The translations under genes were made by a program, and so were the position numbers. The notes beneath the pieces were generated by a model. That model was not told where the DNA came from. It did not search any database and saw only the letters and a program-made list of their open reading frames with translations. A stretch of 64,000 nt of DNA, taken from Blasia pusilla. Its lineage: Eukaryota. Every line of letters starts with the position of its first letter. The stretch's first letter is position 1. The DNA lies in assembly GCA_050084515.1 (NCBI GenBank), contig CM114271.1:32612001-32676000 (forward strand), given 5' to 3'. Shown here piece by piece: positions 13,094-25,071 of the stretch.

Positions 13094-14020
13094 GGTATTC
13101 GGGTGTTGGATCTCTTTGGAGGGATCAACACTGGGTTAGTTGTTGTTTTGTACGCAAGAGTACGCGTGCAATAGTACATGTATGTGGAGATTGATGATGT
13201 CGCGAGGCGCACTTCACTTCACCATGTAGCTCAATTATGCCTCTCTTTTCCTGACTTGTTGTATGCGTCCGCTGTCCAGGGATACCAGAGTTTCCTACCG
13301 AGGGATATTTCATTTCTACGGGCGCAGGACTTGGATCGGGTAGGGACCATAGACTTGAACATTGTTGGTTGGCCGTGTCAGATCCAATTGAGTATTGGAC
13401 AAGATAGCGGGTTAGCTTACACGTGGTCCACGTTGTTTTGGGAGATGATAAAGATTCAGTGACATTTACATGAGCATCAGTCTCGTTCTCCAACATACAT
13501 TCTCGAGAATGTGCCAATTTTGGGTGATTCGAGGTACCGCGTGGTCACGAGTGCACATCAGGTGCGTGCATGGATCGGCACAGCAATGTTGTTAGATGTA
13601 GCGAGTGTAGGTTCTAGAGCACACCGCTCATGTCTTTGATAGACTAACTTGGTACCACACAAGGTATTGCAGAGGGCATATCCACGAGTGGAGTGCCCCT
13701 CCCAGTTATTGGGGGATTACATATTGGATCCGGACCATCAATCACAGGAAGTGAGATACGATGATCGACCGCCGTTGACTTGGGTCAACAAGATTGGCAT
13801 GCCACGGGCAGCCTTTCCCATATTTGTGAGTTTTCTCGCTTCCTATGTATTCAAGGAGGCCGGGCCTAACTTGGTTTGGGATGACCAAGTACAACGATTG
13901 ATGGAGCCCAATGCCGATGAGCGCGAGCGAGCGATGGGATTTCCCACATGAGTGACGGAAGTATCGTTACTGTTAGAGGCATCACGACTTCATGTCTTGG
14001 GTCAAAAGATGGACCTGAAC
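13094..14020 (+). pseudogene. DNMT3-like C5-cytosine methyltransferase domain in element C polyprotein
   Basis: IRVLDLFGGINTG (~13097-13135), IVGWPCQ (~13361-13381), YILENVP (~13496-13516), GSRAHR..L, ERERAMGFPT (13919-13948). Multiple disruptions. Confidence 0.88.
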
Positions 14021-17000
14021 TGCATGACATGGAATTTCAGCTGAGCAGTAGCGGAGTAGCGTCATTTGAGGATGCGACACATCTCAGCTGTTGCTTTGGT
14101 GAGCCCCATGCCTACCGAGACGGAAGAGGCAGTGGCTAGGGGCGAGACCTGAGGAGATCGACACACGATGGATGATCGGGAGAGACACCCTGGGACTTCT
14201 TGGGATGTTTTGCAGGTATGCCAAGAGATGATAGCCACAATATCGAGCATAGTTCCGAGTACTGCACGTGGAGATGAGAGTTTGCAGTTGGCTGTAGGAG
14301 AGCAGTCAAGTTCGATTGTACAAGACGGGGTTGCACCATAGCAGCCACCGACATCCGCGCTAGAGAGTGCTACTGTAGTCACGATGGAGGCTTGGGAGCC
14401 AAATATGGGCCCTAAGTTGACAAGAGGAGAGTGGCGCCGGATACACCAGTTCTTTAGGAGTTATAGGAGTTATTTTGCATTTAGTATGCAGGATTTGGGT
14501 ACGCTGAAGGGTCCATGGATCCGCATTGAGTTGTCGAGTGACACGCCGATCTTCCGAAGACCCTACAGATATAGTAACATAGAGAGGGCTTTGATTCAGA
14601 GTAGGAGCTAAGACTTGGTTGGAGCAGGATTAGTGGAGATGTTGCATGGAGAGTATACATCTGCCACTGTCATGCTCACCAAGAAGGATGTGTACGGCAA
14701 TTGGACGGATAGGTGGATGTGTGGAGATTACCGACCTATCAATCGGCAGAGGAAGTTCGATAGGTATGCCATTCCCACCCCTCAAGAGATCTTTGATGCT
14801 ATTGGGAATGCAAAGGTCTTCAGTTTGTTAGATCTTCAAGCTAGATACCATTAGTTGCCTATCAGATTGGAGGACAGGCAGAAGATGAAATTCCGGGGTA
14901 TCGATCCTCACAGGAAGGATTGCTTATACCAGTGGCGGTTCTTACCATTCGGGTTAAAGAACGCTCCAGTTGAGCTTCATAGGATCGTTGATAGGATCTC
15001 GGCACGTCTGGATTTTGCTAGGTGTTATATTGATGTTATCATAGTCCTTACCGCCATGGTTGAGGAGCATGCGCGACATCTAGAGGAGGTGTTTCGAAGA
15101 TTTCAATTATATGGGCTAAAGCTACATCCAGGCAAGTGCAAGTTCTTCTATGACCAGATTGAGTACTTGGGTCATACGATATATCGAGGTGGCCTTGGTA
15201 TGCAACAGATAAACATAGAGGCTATTCCATGCATTCCACGCCCTACAGATGTGAGTCGAGTTCGTGCATTCATGGGATTGGCGAATTTTTATCGAAGGTA
15301 CGTCAAGGGGTTCAGTTTGATTGATAAGCCGCTAACCTTTCTGACCAAGGTGAATCAGTAGTGGCATTGGGAGGATGAGCAAGAAAGAGCATTTCAGCTG
15401 CTCAAGGACATATTGACGTCCGTGCCCATATTAAGGAGAGCGATCAGGGGATGTCCATTCCAATTGCATACCGATTGGAGCATGTTGGGGCTTGGAGCCA
15501 TGCTCACCCAACATGAGGATGATGGTAGAGAGTTCGTGGTGGCTTACGCTAGTTGCTCAAGCAATGTTGTAAAGGCGGAGCATAGCTTGTGTGAGCGTGA
15601 GTGCTTGGCTGTGGTGTGGGTTGTTGCACATTTGAGGTATTATCTATTCGACAACCTCTTTACCATCATTACTGATAATCAGCCACTTAAGTGGTTGATG
15701 GAGTCCGACAAGCTTATAGGGAAGCTTGCAAGGTAGGCTCTTTTGTTGCAGGAGTATGACTTCCAAGTGGTGCATAGACCGAGCATGCTCAACTAGATGG
15801 TTTGAGCCGTAACCCATGCCTGAGTCAGCGAGATGCGACTAGAGCTTGTTGGTATGGTGAGAATGATGAGGAGTTGGTGCCAGGATAGCACGTGTCAGCC
15901 TAATTGGGCTTGTTGGTTATGGAGAGCCAAATTGACGAGACTTCGATGTCGAGGTCTGATGGAGAGTCCTTAGATCAAGAGGCCAATGAGGAGAAAACAC
16001 GTTGCCGAGACATTCACGATGATAGAGTGGTCTTGAAGTACCTATGTACTGGCAGCGTCGCAAGCACATTGGCTGCTAGAGAGCGGGATCGGATCCTATA
16101 GTGAGCTAGACGATTCCGGTGGGAGGGGACACATGTGTTGCAAGTTTGGGAAGATGATAGAGTGCGTGTAGTGCCTCATCCTTTGCACAAAACATATTTG
16201 GTGCGTCATGCCTACGAGGAGTTGGGTTATTTTGGAGTGAAGCGAACATATAGCTTGTTCCAGATACAATATTGATGGCGAGGTATGCAGAGTGACGTTC
16301 GGGAGTTTGTTGCCAGGTGCACGATGTGTGATCGAGTCTGAGCATTGTTCAATGCTCCAACTCCTTAATTGCATCCACTTCCAATCATGGATTTAGGGTC
16401 TTGGAGATGGAGTTTGGATCACGATGATGGAGCGGTCTTGAGTTTTTTCAGAGACTGATGCCCATGGCGTTTAATAACTTGGCAATTGTGCAACATTAGG
16501 ATACATTGAGGTATGCGACTATTGGGGGAGGTGGTTATCAACCTACTATCCAAAGGTTTCATCAGGGAGACTATGTTTACTTGTAGTAGACGGACACATA
16601 TGACGTTGGATATGACTGTAGGGCGCACCATCTTGAGAGTGCGTAAGATTTTGCAATATGATGTTCTCTTATTGGAGGGACGTGATGGTATGGTTTGGAA
16701 GGACCATGTGCGTAATTGTGCGCCATATCATCTTTCGAACATTGATGGTGCACTTGATCTGAGCTTAGTAGTAGTCCCTACAAGCTTGCAATGTATGTTG
16801 TATGGTTCTGCTCATGGTGCAGCCACTATGCTAGTCAATGATGGATGTTCGAGAGGATGGCATATGGCATGTCTGACGCCACCTCTCACAAGGGTTCCTC
16901 ATAGACGATGGATGTGTCCCAGATGTACATGGAGTAGGTAGTTCCACATTTCGACTTGTGTTTGTGACATGGATGACAAGAAGGCGACTAACGGTGGGGC

Positions 17001-17242
17001 CACATGAGCACCCTGCCTTCTTGCTCTTAGTGCCTGAGAGATGTATCTCATGGTAGGTAGGGATAGATGGCTATGTGGAGTTCGAGGGACCTAACCATCA
17101 TCTAGGGAGGCGATTGGAGATATTTTGGTACTTCTTGTCTCGTTTTTTTGATGCCATGAGTTAGCATGGGATGGTGCGTGTTTGCGTGTGTGTTCAGTGA
17201 GAGTGATGTATGTTGTGTAGCGATGTGTATACGCACGACAAC

Positions 17243-17869
17243 TATCATGTCTTTTAGGAAAGATCGGTGAGATCTAGTGAAGGGCTTTCTTGAGTAGTGG
17301 AGGACAGGCTCAATAAGTCGAGGATGACCCGTTGAGGCTTCGGGAAATCTGAGAGAGCAGGTTTTCCCTTCGTTGCGGCTCATTTGGAGCCATATAGATA
17401 AACTTACTATTTTGGGTAAGCTTCCATGTTATGTATAGTTGGATTTCTACTTTGGGAAGTGACCCTTGACCCGCTACATCAAGTCAAGAGTCAAGGAGGT
17501 GACCTGCAAACACAGGTTACCAAGGAGAGAGCTTGGGAGAGGGAAGGGGGTATACCTTCAAGAGGGAGAGCTTGAGAGCTCATTCTCTCTTTATTGAACC
17601 TCTTGGCACGAGGCGGCGGAGCTATAGTCCCTTGTCTTGTGAGTGTAATCCAAGCCTCTTATTTGGAGAGTGGATTTGGTTTGACATTAAGAGAGATATG
17701 TGAGAGTGCAAACATTTGAGAGCTATTGGATCGCATTTTAATTTGAGATATTTTGGTACTTTCTTGTCTCGTTGTTTGGATGCCATGAGTTAGCATGGGA
17801 TTGTGCGTGTTTGTGTGTATGTTTGTCAATACCGATGTATGTTGTGTAGCGATACGTATATGCACGACA
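17243..17869 (+). repeat. 3' LTR of element C (family 1)
   Basis: tatcatg (mutated TG start)...gcacgaca; homologous to 2330-2945 and to the reverse complement of 39046-39643. Confidence 0.85.
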
Positions 17870-17983
17870 TCGACCACCATAGACAATACCTCTCATTATA
17901 GTTTTAGCCCTCTGAACTTCTACTTGGATTTGAATCAAATGGTTATTAGAAATTATTAAACAAGCATAACAAATTAGATACGG

Positions 17984-17988
<5 letters not shown>

Positions 17989-18031
<43 letters not shown>
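17989..18031. repeat. (CT)n microsatellite
   Basis: Pure dinucleotide run. Confidence 0.97.
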
Positions 18032-18036
<5 letters not shown>

Positions 18037-18042
18037 CTACCA

Positions 18043-18300
18043 TGGAGGACAAAATTTTACAATAAGAAGATGAGTGGAGACTAGTCCCCTTCTCAATTAT
18101 ATAAGATATGGACAAACAACCCTAATCCTAATCCTAAACATAATCTTGAGTTATACTAATTATGGTTAACTAACCCTAGTTAAGATAATCATGGTTAACT
18201 TACTTATCATGATTAAGTTTTCATACTTCGTGTGAGTACCAAAATATTGCAATTCGTGTGTATGATGATCATGAGCTTGAATATAACTTATTCTTCAATA
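18043..18300 (-). repeat. Copia H 3' LTR
   Basis: Adjacent to the PPT; alignable with 32377-32622. Confidence 0.7.
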
Positions 18301-19377
18301 CTCCCCCTCAAGCTTATGTCAATATCTCTATTATCTAAATCATTTTAAAAATATCTCTAACTTATTTCCACACAATACCTTGGTAATTAAAATGTCAACA
18401 ATTTGTTGATCTGTACCTATATACATAAGAGAAATTTCTCATGCAAGCGTTTTCTCTTAGATAAAGTTGTAATGAACCTCAACGTGCTTTCTTCGAGCAT
18501 GAAACATAGGGTTATTAGCAAGGTTGATACTACTAATATTGTCTGCATATATTACACTAAGTACCAAGTTACTAACACCAATCTCAACAAGTAATCGATG
18601 GAGCCACACCACCTCATATGTTACCTTGGTTACTCCTAAGTACTCTGCCTCTGTAGAAGATAAAGCAACCTCGAAACCAACTATAGGTTGCTTCTTTAAA
18701 GCCCAAATTTATAACTACGCTTCCCAAGATGAAGGAATCACTAGATGTAGAGTGTCTCTCATACATATTTTCTACCCAAACAACATTTGTGAATCCTCCT
18801 TATTGTAAACTTGGAGAAGGTTCAAATTGAAGCCCAAACTAAACAGAGAATTTCACATGCCGCAAAATCCTCCTTATAATATAAAGATGAGGTTTTTTAC
18901 ATGTTTGCTTGAATTGGCTCACTAGGCCAAATGCGTAGCTCATGTTCAGCCTCGTTATACTCAGATAGATCAAACTTTCAACCATATACATATATATATT
19001 ATAGAATCTGAAAGCAACTCTCCTTTATATATTCTTAGGTTCACACTCTGGTCCAAATGTGAGGTTTCCGAGATGCTTGTATGAATTGGCACTCTAGGCC
19101 AACTATGTAGCTCAAGTTTGGCCTAGTTATAGTCAGATAGATCAAACTTCCAACCATACACGGTACATATTACAATATGAAAGCAACTCTCCTTCATCAA
19201 CTCTTACGTTCACACTCTGATCCAAAAGTGTAAAGATTGGCTTGCAAGTTGTCATACAATATTTTGAAAGCCTGTGAAGACCATATTTTCGGTGTAATAA
19301 CCACAAGCTCTGTCCAATCCTAATAAACTCAAGACCAAGGAAGTGTTTCAGTTCTTGTAAGTCCTTCATATCAAATT

Positions 19378-19808
19378 TGTCATGACCATACGGATTATGT
19401 CGTAGAGTATAGTGTGCTAGTAGAGGCCATACCTTATGTAGGGCCGCAGTGTCTAGGTAGAGATGCGATTTCATACATAGGGTTGGGGGTTACTCAGTTG
19501 AGGGAGCTTTCAGAGGGCCGCTCTCGAGGTTGGAGGATATAAGGTGGAGTGCACTCAAAGAAACGATCGATTCTTTGAGTTGAGCCTGTTGCGTTGGGAG
19601 TTAGCCTTGGTAGTGAGTAGAGCTCTTGGCTATGGTGTTTCCCGCAAGCTTTGACCTACATTCTCCCATCGTGGAGTGGGTTTGGCTCGATTGTATGTGA
19701 TTCTACACGTGTTTTATGACAGTAGGTCTTTCACGAATTTCAGTTCTTGTACACTTGTGTTTGTGGATGCTCTCGTCTATGTTATGTATGTATGTGAGTA
19801 TGGTATGT
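19378..19808 (+). repeat. 5' LTR of element D (lacks the last ~40 bp present in the 3' LTR)
   Basis: Starts tgtcatgacc; matches 28450 onward up to ...agtatggtatgt, then diverges. Confidence 0.88.
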
Positions 19809-21004
19809 TGCTGAGGTTCCTCTTGCTACTTATATTATGATCTCATGTGAAGCTATTTGCTCGAGTGTGTGGAGCGTTGCGGATTTTTGCGTGCATGAAA
19901 CTAGGCGGAAGCGCTGTCGGATTTGCGATTCTGGAGGTGTATGGACAACAAGTTTGTCTGATTTTTACTCAGAGTACAGATCTTGGTGGTAGCTGATTTT
20001 TTGTGGAGAGATAGCTATGGTGGTCAATTGAATTTTGGTCGAAATAGATTTGATTTTGGTCACGGATTTGTGAAGTAATTGCTGATCGAAATTTCGCAGA
20101 CTAACTCAAGGTCTGGCTATGGTGGACAGCGGATCGGAGGGGCTCGTTGGTTGGTGACTCACATTGTTGGAGATGCCTATCCTGTTTGGGGCGCCCTGGT
20201 TGGGCCTCTCTCCATGGCGAAGCTTGGCATGTCTCGGTGTTTTGAGGCTTCGAGGCAACTCGTGGTAGCTCGGGGCGAGTGGGCGTGAGGGGCGGAGTAA
20301 GGAGCAAGGAGCAAGGAGCAAGCAAGCAAGCTTGCTTGGGCGCAAGGAAATTTTTGTAGGATTTGTGATTTGAGTGTTGCATAACTGGTCACCCATCTTT
20401 GGGCTATTCTGCCTTGAAGACGCTTAACTGCTAAGTTCTTAACTATGCCAGTGTACACACTGTTGTAGCTCATTTGGTGCTCTTCAGAGATGTGTTAGGC
20501 GCTTTATGCATCTCAGGTTTTTGGTTGATGTACCTCTAGCGCATAGTACGGTGTAGCCTCTCCATGCAGGTGATATTTTCAGGTGTTGCGAGTTCGACTA
20601 GCACGTCATCGACCCGCGGCGGAGTAGCTATTGCGTTAGAATTGTGTGGTGGTTTTGTGGATTCAGGGGGCGCCACGTTTGTGGATTGTGTTACCTTGAT
20701 TTCCATTTGCAATTGGAGGGTTGTCGTTGGACTTCCTGTGTTTGGATCCCCTCCATCGTTGCTTCTTGCTTGCGCGCCCATTGTTAGGGTTGACGCTGAT
20801 TTCCAGAGTAGTGTCACTCCTGTGTGCTACCGATAGTGAGGCTGGAGTGATGACCAGTAGACCGTAGGTGGCTTCTTGTGGTGATGACAGGTTAGGTTGC
20901 CTACACCCATAGCTAGTAGAGCTAGAATAGTATAGTGACATCGACGTCACTTGGTTACTTAGTGGTGATAATTTGGTGGTGGTGCGGCATCGGCGTTGGT
21001 CATC

Positions 21005-22545
21005 ATGGAGTTGTCGGAAAGTCTGGTTGGGGACCGTGGTGCGGACAGTGGTGGTTTCACACGGAGTGGATTAAGGTATCGGCTACCTTTTCCACTTCCG
21101 ACGGTTGATGAAGAGGAGGACGAGGGTGTTACAAACACCGAGTCTTCTACGTTGTTATCGAGTGTTGCAGCTCCATTGATTTGGGACATAGACGAGATAT
21201 ATGGGGCCATGAAGGGCCCACGATGATACTCGGGTGCAGTGGGCACCATTGAGTTGGAGGACTTCATGCATGAGTTTGATACGTGGTGTGATATGCAGAT
21301 GTTACGGAACGCCACGTTGTTTACATCCTTCTTGGCTTGGAAGGGATTGTTTCAGCACTTGGAGGAACCACCCATGGATGCTTACCATGAGTTTAGGAAG
21401 GACCATGTTGCTGAGATTGAGGCATGGAGACAATATTGGTCTCCAAGCTATGTGTCTATCACCCATGGTGGTATTGGTAGTAGTGCTCCTACTATGCCAG
21501 CCAGCCCGACGTTGAGTGGTACGAGTACGAGCCGGAGTGGGAGTACCAGTGGAGGTACCCATGGAGGTACCAGTGGGGGTACTAGTGGAGGTACTAGTGC
21601 CCCACCATCGTTTAGCCGGGTTGCAGAGTTCTTCAAGAGGTTGAAGAAGAACTATCAGGGAGTGTAGACAGAGAAGTTGAGAAGTCTTCAAGAATTTGAG
21701 TGAAAAACTGGTGAGAGTCTTTGTGAGACATACACTCGTATGCGACGCTTGATTTCAGTTACCCAAGGTGTGACTGAGGCTCAGGAAATCCAGTTTTGGT
21801 ATGGGATCTTGGACAGAGAGTTGCGCCGCAGGGTACGTGATGCTACTCTTATGAGTGATGATTCACCCACATTGACCCATGTGTTTGCTCTTTCTGAGAA
21901 GATTGAGCTTAACATGGTAAAGGAGAGAGTGGGGACATCCGCATTCAATAGGGATACAACTACTACTTCTCGTGTTCAGCAGCCCACCTCACAGTCTCGT
22001 AGTAGTGTTGGTGGTAGTAGTAGTGGGAGTCGTGGGGGGTACACGCGACCTCAGTCAGGTCGTAGAGGGACACTTGCGCAGAGACCATTTCCTTCATTTC
22101 TGCTTGCAAAGAAGGACGATCATGTTGGACATGTGGAGGTGATCATGTTAGGAAGTTTTGTCCCCAAGAGGATGGAAGACGGACTTTGGAGGATGGACCT
22201 CAGTTGGCCCCAACTCAGTGTGATCATTGCGGGAGACCAGGTCATCCTCGAGAGCATTGCTTTGATCTTCATCCAGAGTTGAGATCAGGCCGCGACCGTG
22301 GTGGAGTAGCTCCGAGAGGCCGAGGTGGTAGAGGTGGTAGGGGTGGTAGAGGTGGACCAGTGGTTGGAGAGCCTATGGTGGCTACCCCTACCACTACGAA
22401 TGAGCCAGCTATGGTTGCCAAGATTGAGCAGTTGGAGCAGAAGTTGGCTACTATGGTGGTATCCAAAGATAGATCGGGTTCGGGAGCACGGGCTTCCACC
22501 TCTTATGGAGGGATGATCTCTCTTATATGGCGAAAGATAGGTTGA
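21005..22545 (+). pseudogene. Gag of element D
   Basis: GTIELEDFMHEFDTWCD, YTRMRRLISVTQGV, CCHC knuckle CDHCGRPGHPREHC, RGG repeats; homologous to the gag of C and E. Confidence 0.82.
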
Positions 22546-23133
22546 GGCATTGGGCTGCGATTCGAGAGGAGCCACGAGGCGTCGAGCCACGTGGTGCTCT
22601 TGTGGAGTTGGACCCATAGAGGGTCGAGGCGGGAGGCGAGCTAGGCTTCCCAGATCATTCTTGTTGTCTAAGGTGCTTAGGACTCCATCCATGGTTCCCG
22701 CGAGCCTATTGAGCCCGAGTGGGGATCGAGGCATCTACATTGCATGTAGTAGACACGGATGCAAAGACATCGGCGATATTGTGGATGGCAACTTCGGTGT
22801 TGGGATCCCCATTGTTTTCGGCCACGGAGCGATGGCTTTAGTCGTTGACTTAGCTCTGTGATTTCAGCTAGCGACCACGTTGTGTGAACGTGGGGGTATT
22901 ATTGCTACACGTCTTTGAGGTGGATGAGGGTGTTGCAAAGTGGGAGCGACCCTCTATGTCATGTGTAGCATTGAGTACCGGTGCTACTTGGCGGCGGCAA
23001 AGGCGGGAAGATGGATGCATTACGGCCGGCCGACCATTGATCGTGAGAGGCTTACACCTGGTGTATGTATGTTGGACAACCGGGTGGGATATTCGATTGG
23101 TGAGTCCTACAGACAGGTGTATAGACCAGATAG

Positions 23134-23430
23134 AGTCTTGTTAGACTCGGTGCCCAACCTTGATGTTGGGAAAGGCGGCATGTATTGGTTTGGGTATTCG
23201 GAGGTCAGAGTTTGAGCCTTCCCCATTCCAGATTCAAACATCACTTGGAGGAGCCAATGATAGGTCTCAATTCATGACAAGGGAGAAGTTTTCTGTACAG
23301 TTGAGACCAGATCATGCGACTGATAGCTCCCGGTTGGGAGTACCTGCAGTGGTCACATCAGCCGAGTCGTCTGATGTACTAGTTGGAGGAGCAATATTGT
23401 ACCCGATGGGTTTTCAGATGGATTACTAGA
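23134..23430 (+). pseudogene. Aspartic protease of element D
   Basis: VLLDS(G) active-site motif with a frameshift, flap-like IQTSLGG, and DVLVGGAIL. Confidence 0.75.
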
Positions 23431-23868
23431 CTGAGACAGCGTCTTATAGACCTGGTTGGCAGTCCGGGGATGGACGTATGAGCCAAGTTCCTGTGAGATT
23501 TATTTATGGGGCTCAACAAGGAGGGTCTTCCCCAACAGTGTTAGCATCTGTGGCTGGTTTTAGTGGAGTAGTCACTTGGCCATAAGACTTTTTGGAGGGT
23601 AATGTTTTTGCTATGGATTCTCCTGTGCATGAGCAGATAGAGGAGGTCCCTATTTTTGCAGTAGTGGCATCCTCATCGTTGGATGTGCCACTTTGGAGTT
23701 CAGGCGGTGCACTACGGCAGGAGGCTGATCGCCTAGTGCAGGAGGCTTGGTGTGAGGCTCTTATACCTCACGAGGAAGAGGAGGCCCCACGGCGGACTCT
23801 TACTTCTAGTCGATTAGGTTATCCCCTTTGGATACTACACCCATTGTATGCAAAAGATATCTGCGGAG

Positions 23869-24800
23869 GGCATTTGTGTGTTAGATCTCTTTGGTGGGAT
23901 TAGCACGAGTTTGGTCTGCAGATGTTGCAGCCGGTATTCTGTCTTGGAGATACGTGTATGTGGAGCGAGATGAGACGGCCCAGAGAGTCTCATCCCGACA
24001 TATTGGTCAGTTGATGCGGAGATATCCTGAGTTCTTGCCGCCATCAGCTATTCGTGGGTACCAGCGTGCTTTGCGGTCACGCATTGCATTGTTGGGGCGC
24101 AGGACCTTGAGAGGGTTGGTCCTGTGGATTGGGTGATTGCTGGATGGTCATGTCGGGATCATACACGTGCTCGTCGTGGTGAGGGATTACACGACCCTAG
24201 GTCTCGATTGTTTTGGGAGATGTTACGGGTGTTACGACATCTTCAGGTTCATCAGGCACGTGCTCTAGCTTACATTCTGGAGAATGTTCCATTGTTGGGT
24301 GACACTCGGACCCGGATGATGGCGAGTGTTCATGAGGTGCGCTCTTGGATTGGACCAGCGGTGTTGTTGGATGTAGCGCGAGTTGGCTCACGTGCACATC
24401 GTCCACGCTTGTGGTGGACAAACTTGTTGCCTATGGAGGTTCTACGTCGAGCATATGATGTAGTGCAGCGGGATCCTTGCCTTACAGTGGATAGTATCTT
24501 GGATACTGGGCGACTTTCTCAGGTGGTGAGGGTTATTGATCGGTCACCCATGGCAATGGTGAACCGTGTGGGCCAGCCTAGGATGGCACTACCCACATTT
24601 GTGAGTTTTCCCTCGTCACATGCATACAGGGAAGGTGGTCCCGGGCTTGTATGGGATTCTCATGCGCGACAGTTGGTGGAGCCTAAAGCTAATGAGAGAG
24701 AGCGTGCGATGGGATTTGCTACTGGTGTGACAGCGGTTGCTTCCATTTCTGAGGCTTCACGATGTTATGTGTTGGGTCTGGCCATGGACCTGAATTTTTT
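23869..24800 (+). pseudogene. DNMT3-like C5-cytosine methyltransferase domain in element D polyprotein
   Basis: ICVLDLFGGIST, YVYVERDE, VIAGWSCRDH, YILENVP, LLDVARVGSRAHRPRLWWTNLLP, ERERAMGF, VLGLAMDLN. Most of it lies in ORF 24124-25065, same frame as the RT ORF 25072-26220, separated by one TAG. Confidence 0.92.
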
Positions 24801-25071
24801 GACTTGGATTTTGAGTGTTGGTATGGCCAAGCAGCGTCGACTTCGAACTATGTCTGTGGGTCGTCCAGCCCTTGTAATGAGCTCGATGGCTACCGGGACG
24901 GTAGAGGCATCGCCTGGGGGCGATGAGAGTAGTATTTTGCATCCTTGGAGTAAATGGGATGTAATGGCTGGGCATGTGGAGCTGGTTGCTTATGCTGGTG
25001 GAGGAGTTATTTGCTCAGATGATGGTGTAGGTAAGGGTGTACCATCTTGTGAGGGGGTTGCGTAGCAGCCA

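Larger units (their letters stand above)
9067..17869 (+). mobile_element. Ty3/gypsy element C (LTR family 1): leader - gag - protease - DNMT - RT - RNase H - partially deleted integrase - PHD - 3' LTR
   Basis: Gag GTIELHDFMAEFRSWCD and degenerate Zn knuckles (~11290-11420); protease VLLDS (~12390); methyltransferase ~13094-14020; RT MCGDYRPIN and LPFGLKNAP; RNase H 15413-15736; PHD ~16792-16926. No 5' LTR in the window, so the left boundary is approximate. Confidence 0.88.
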
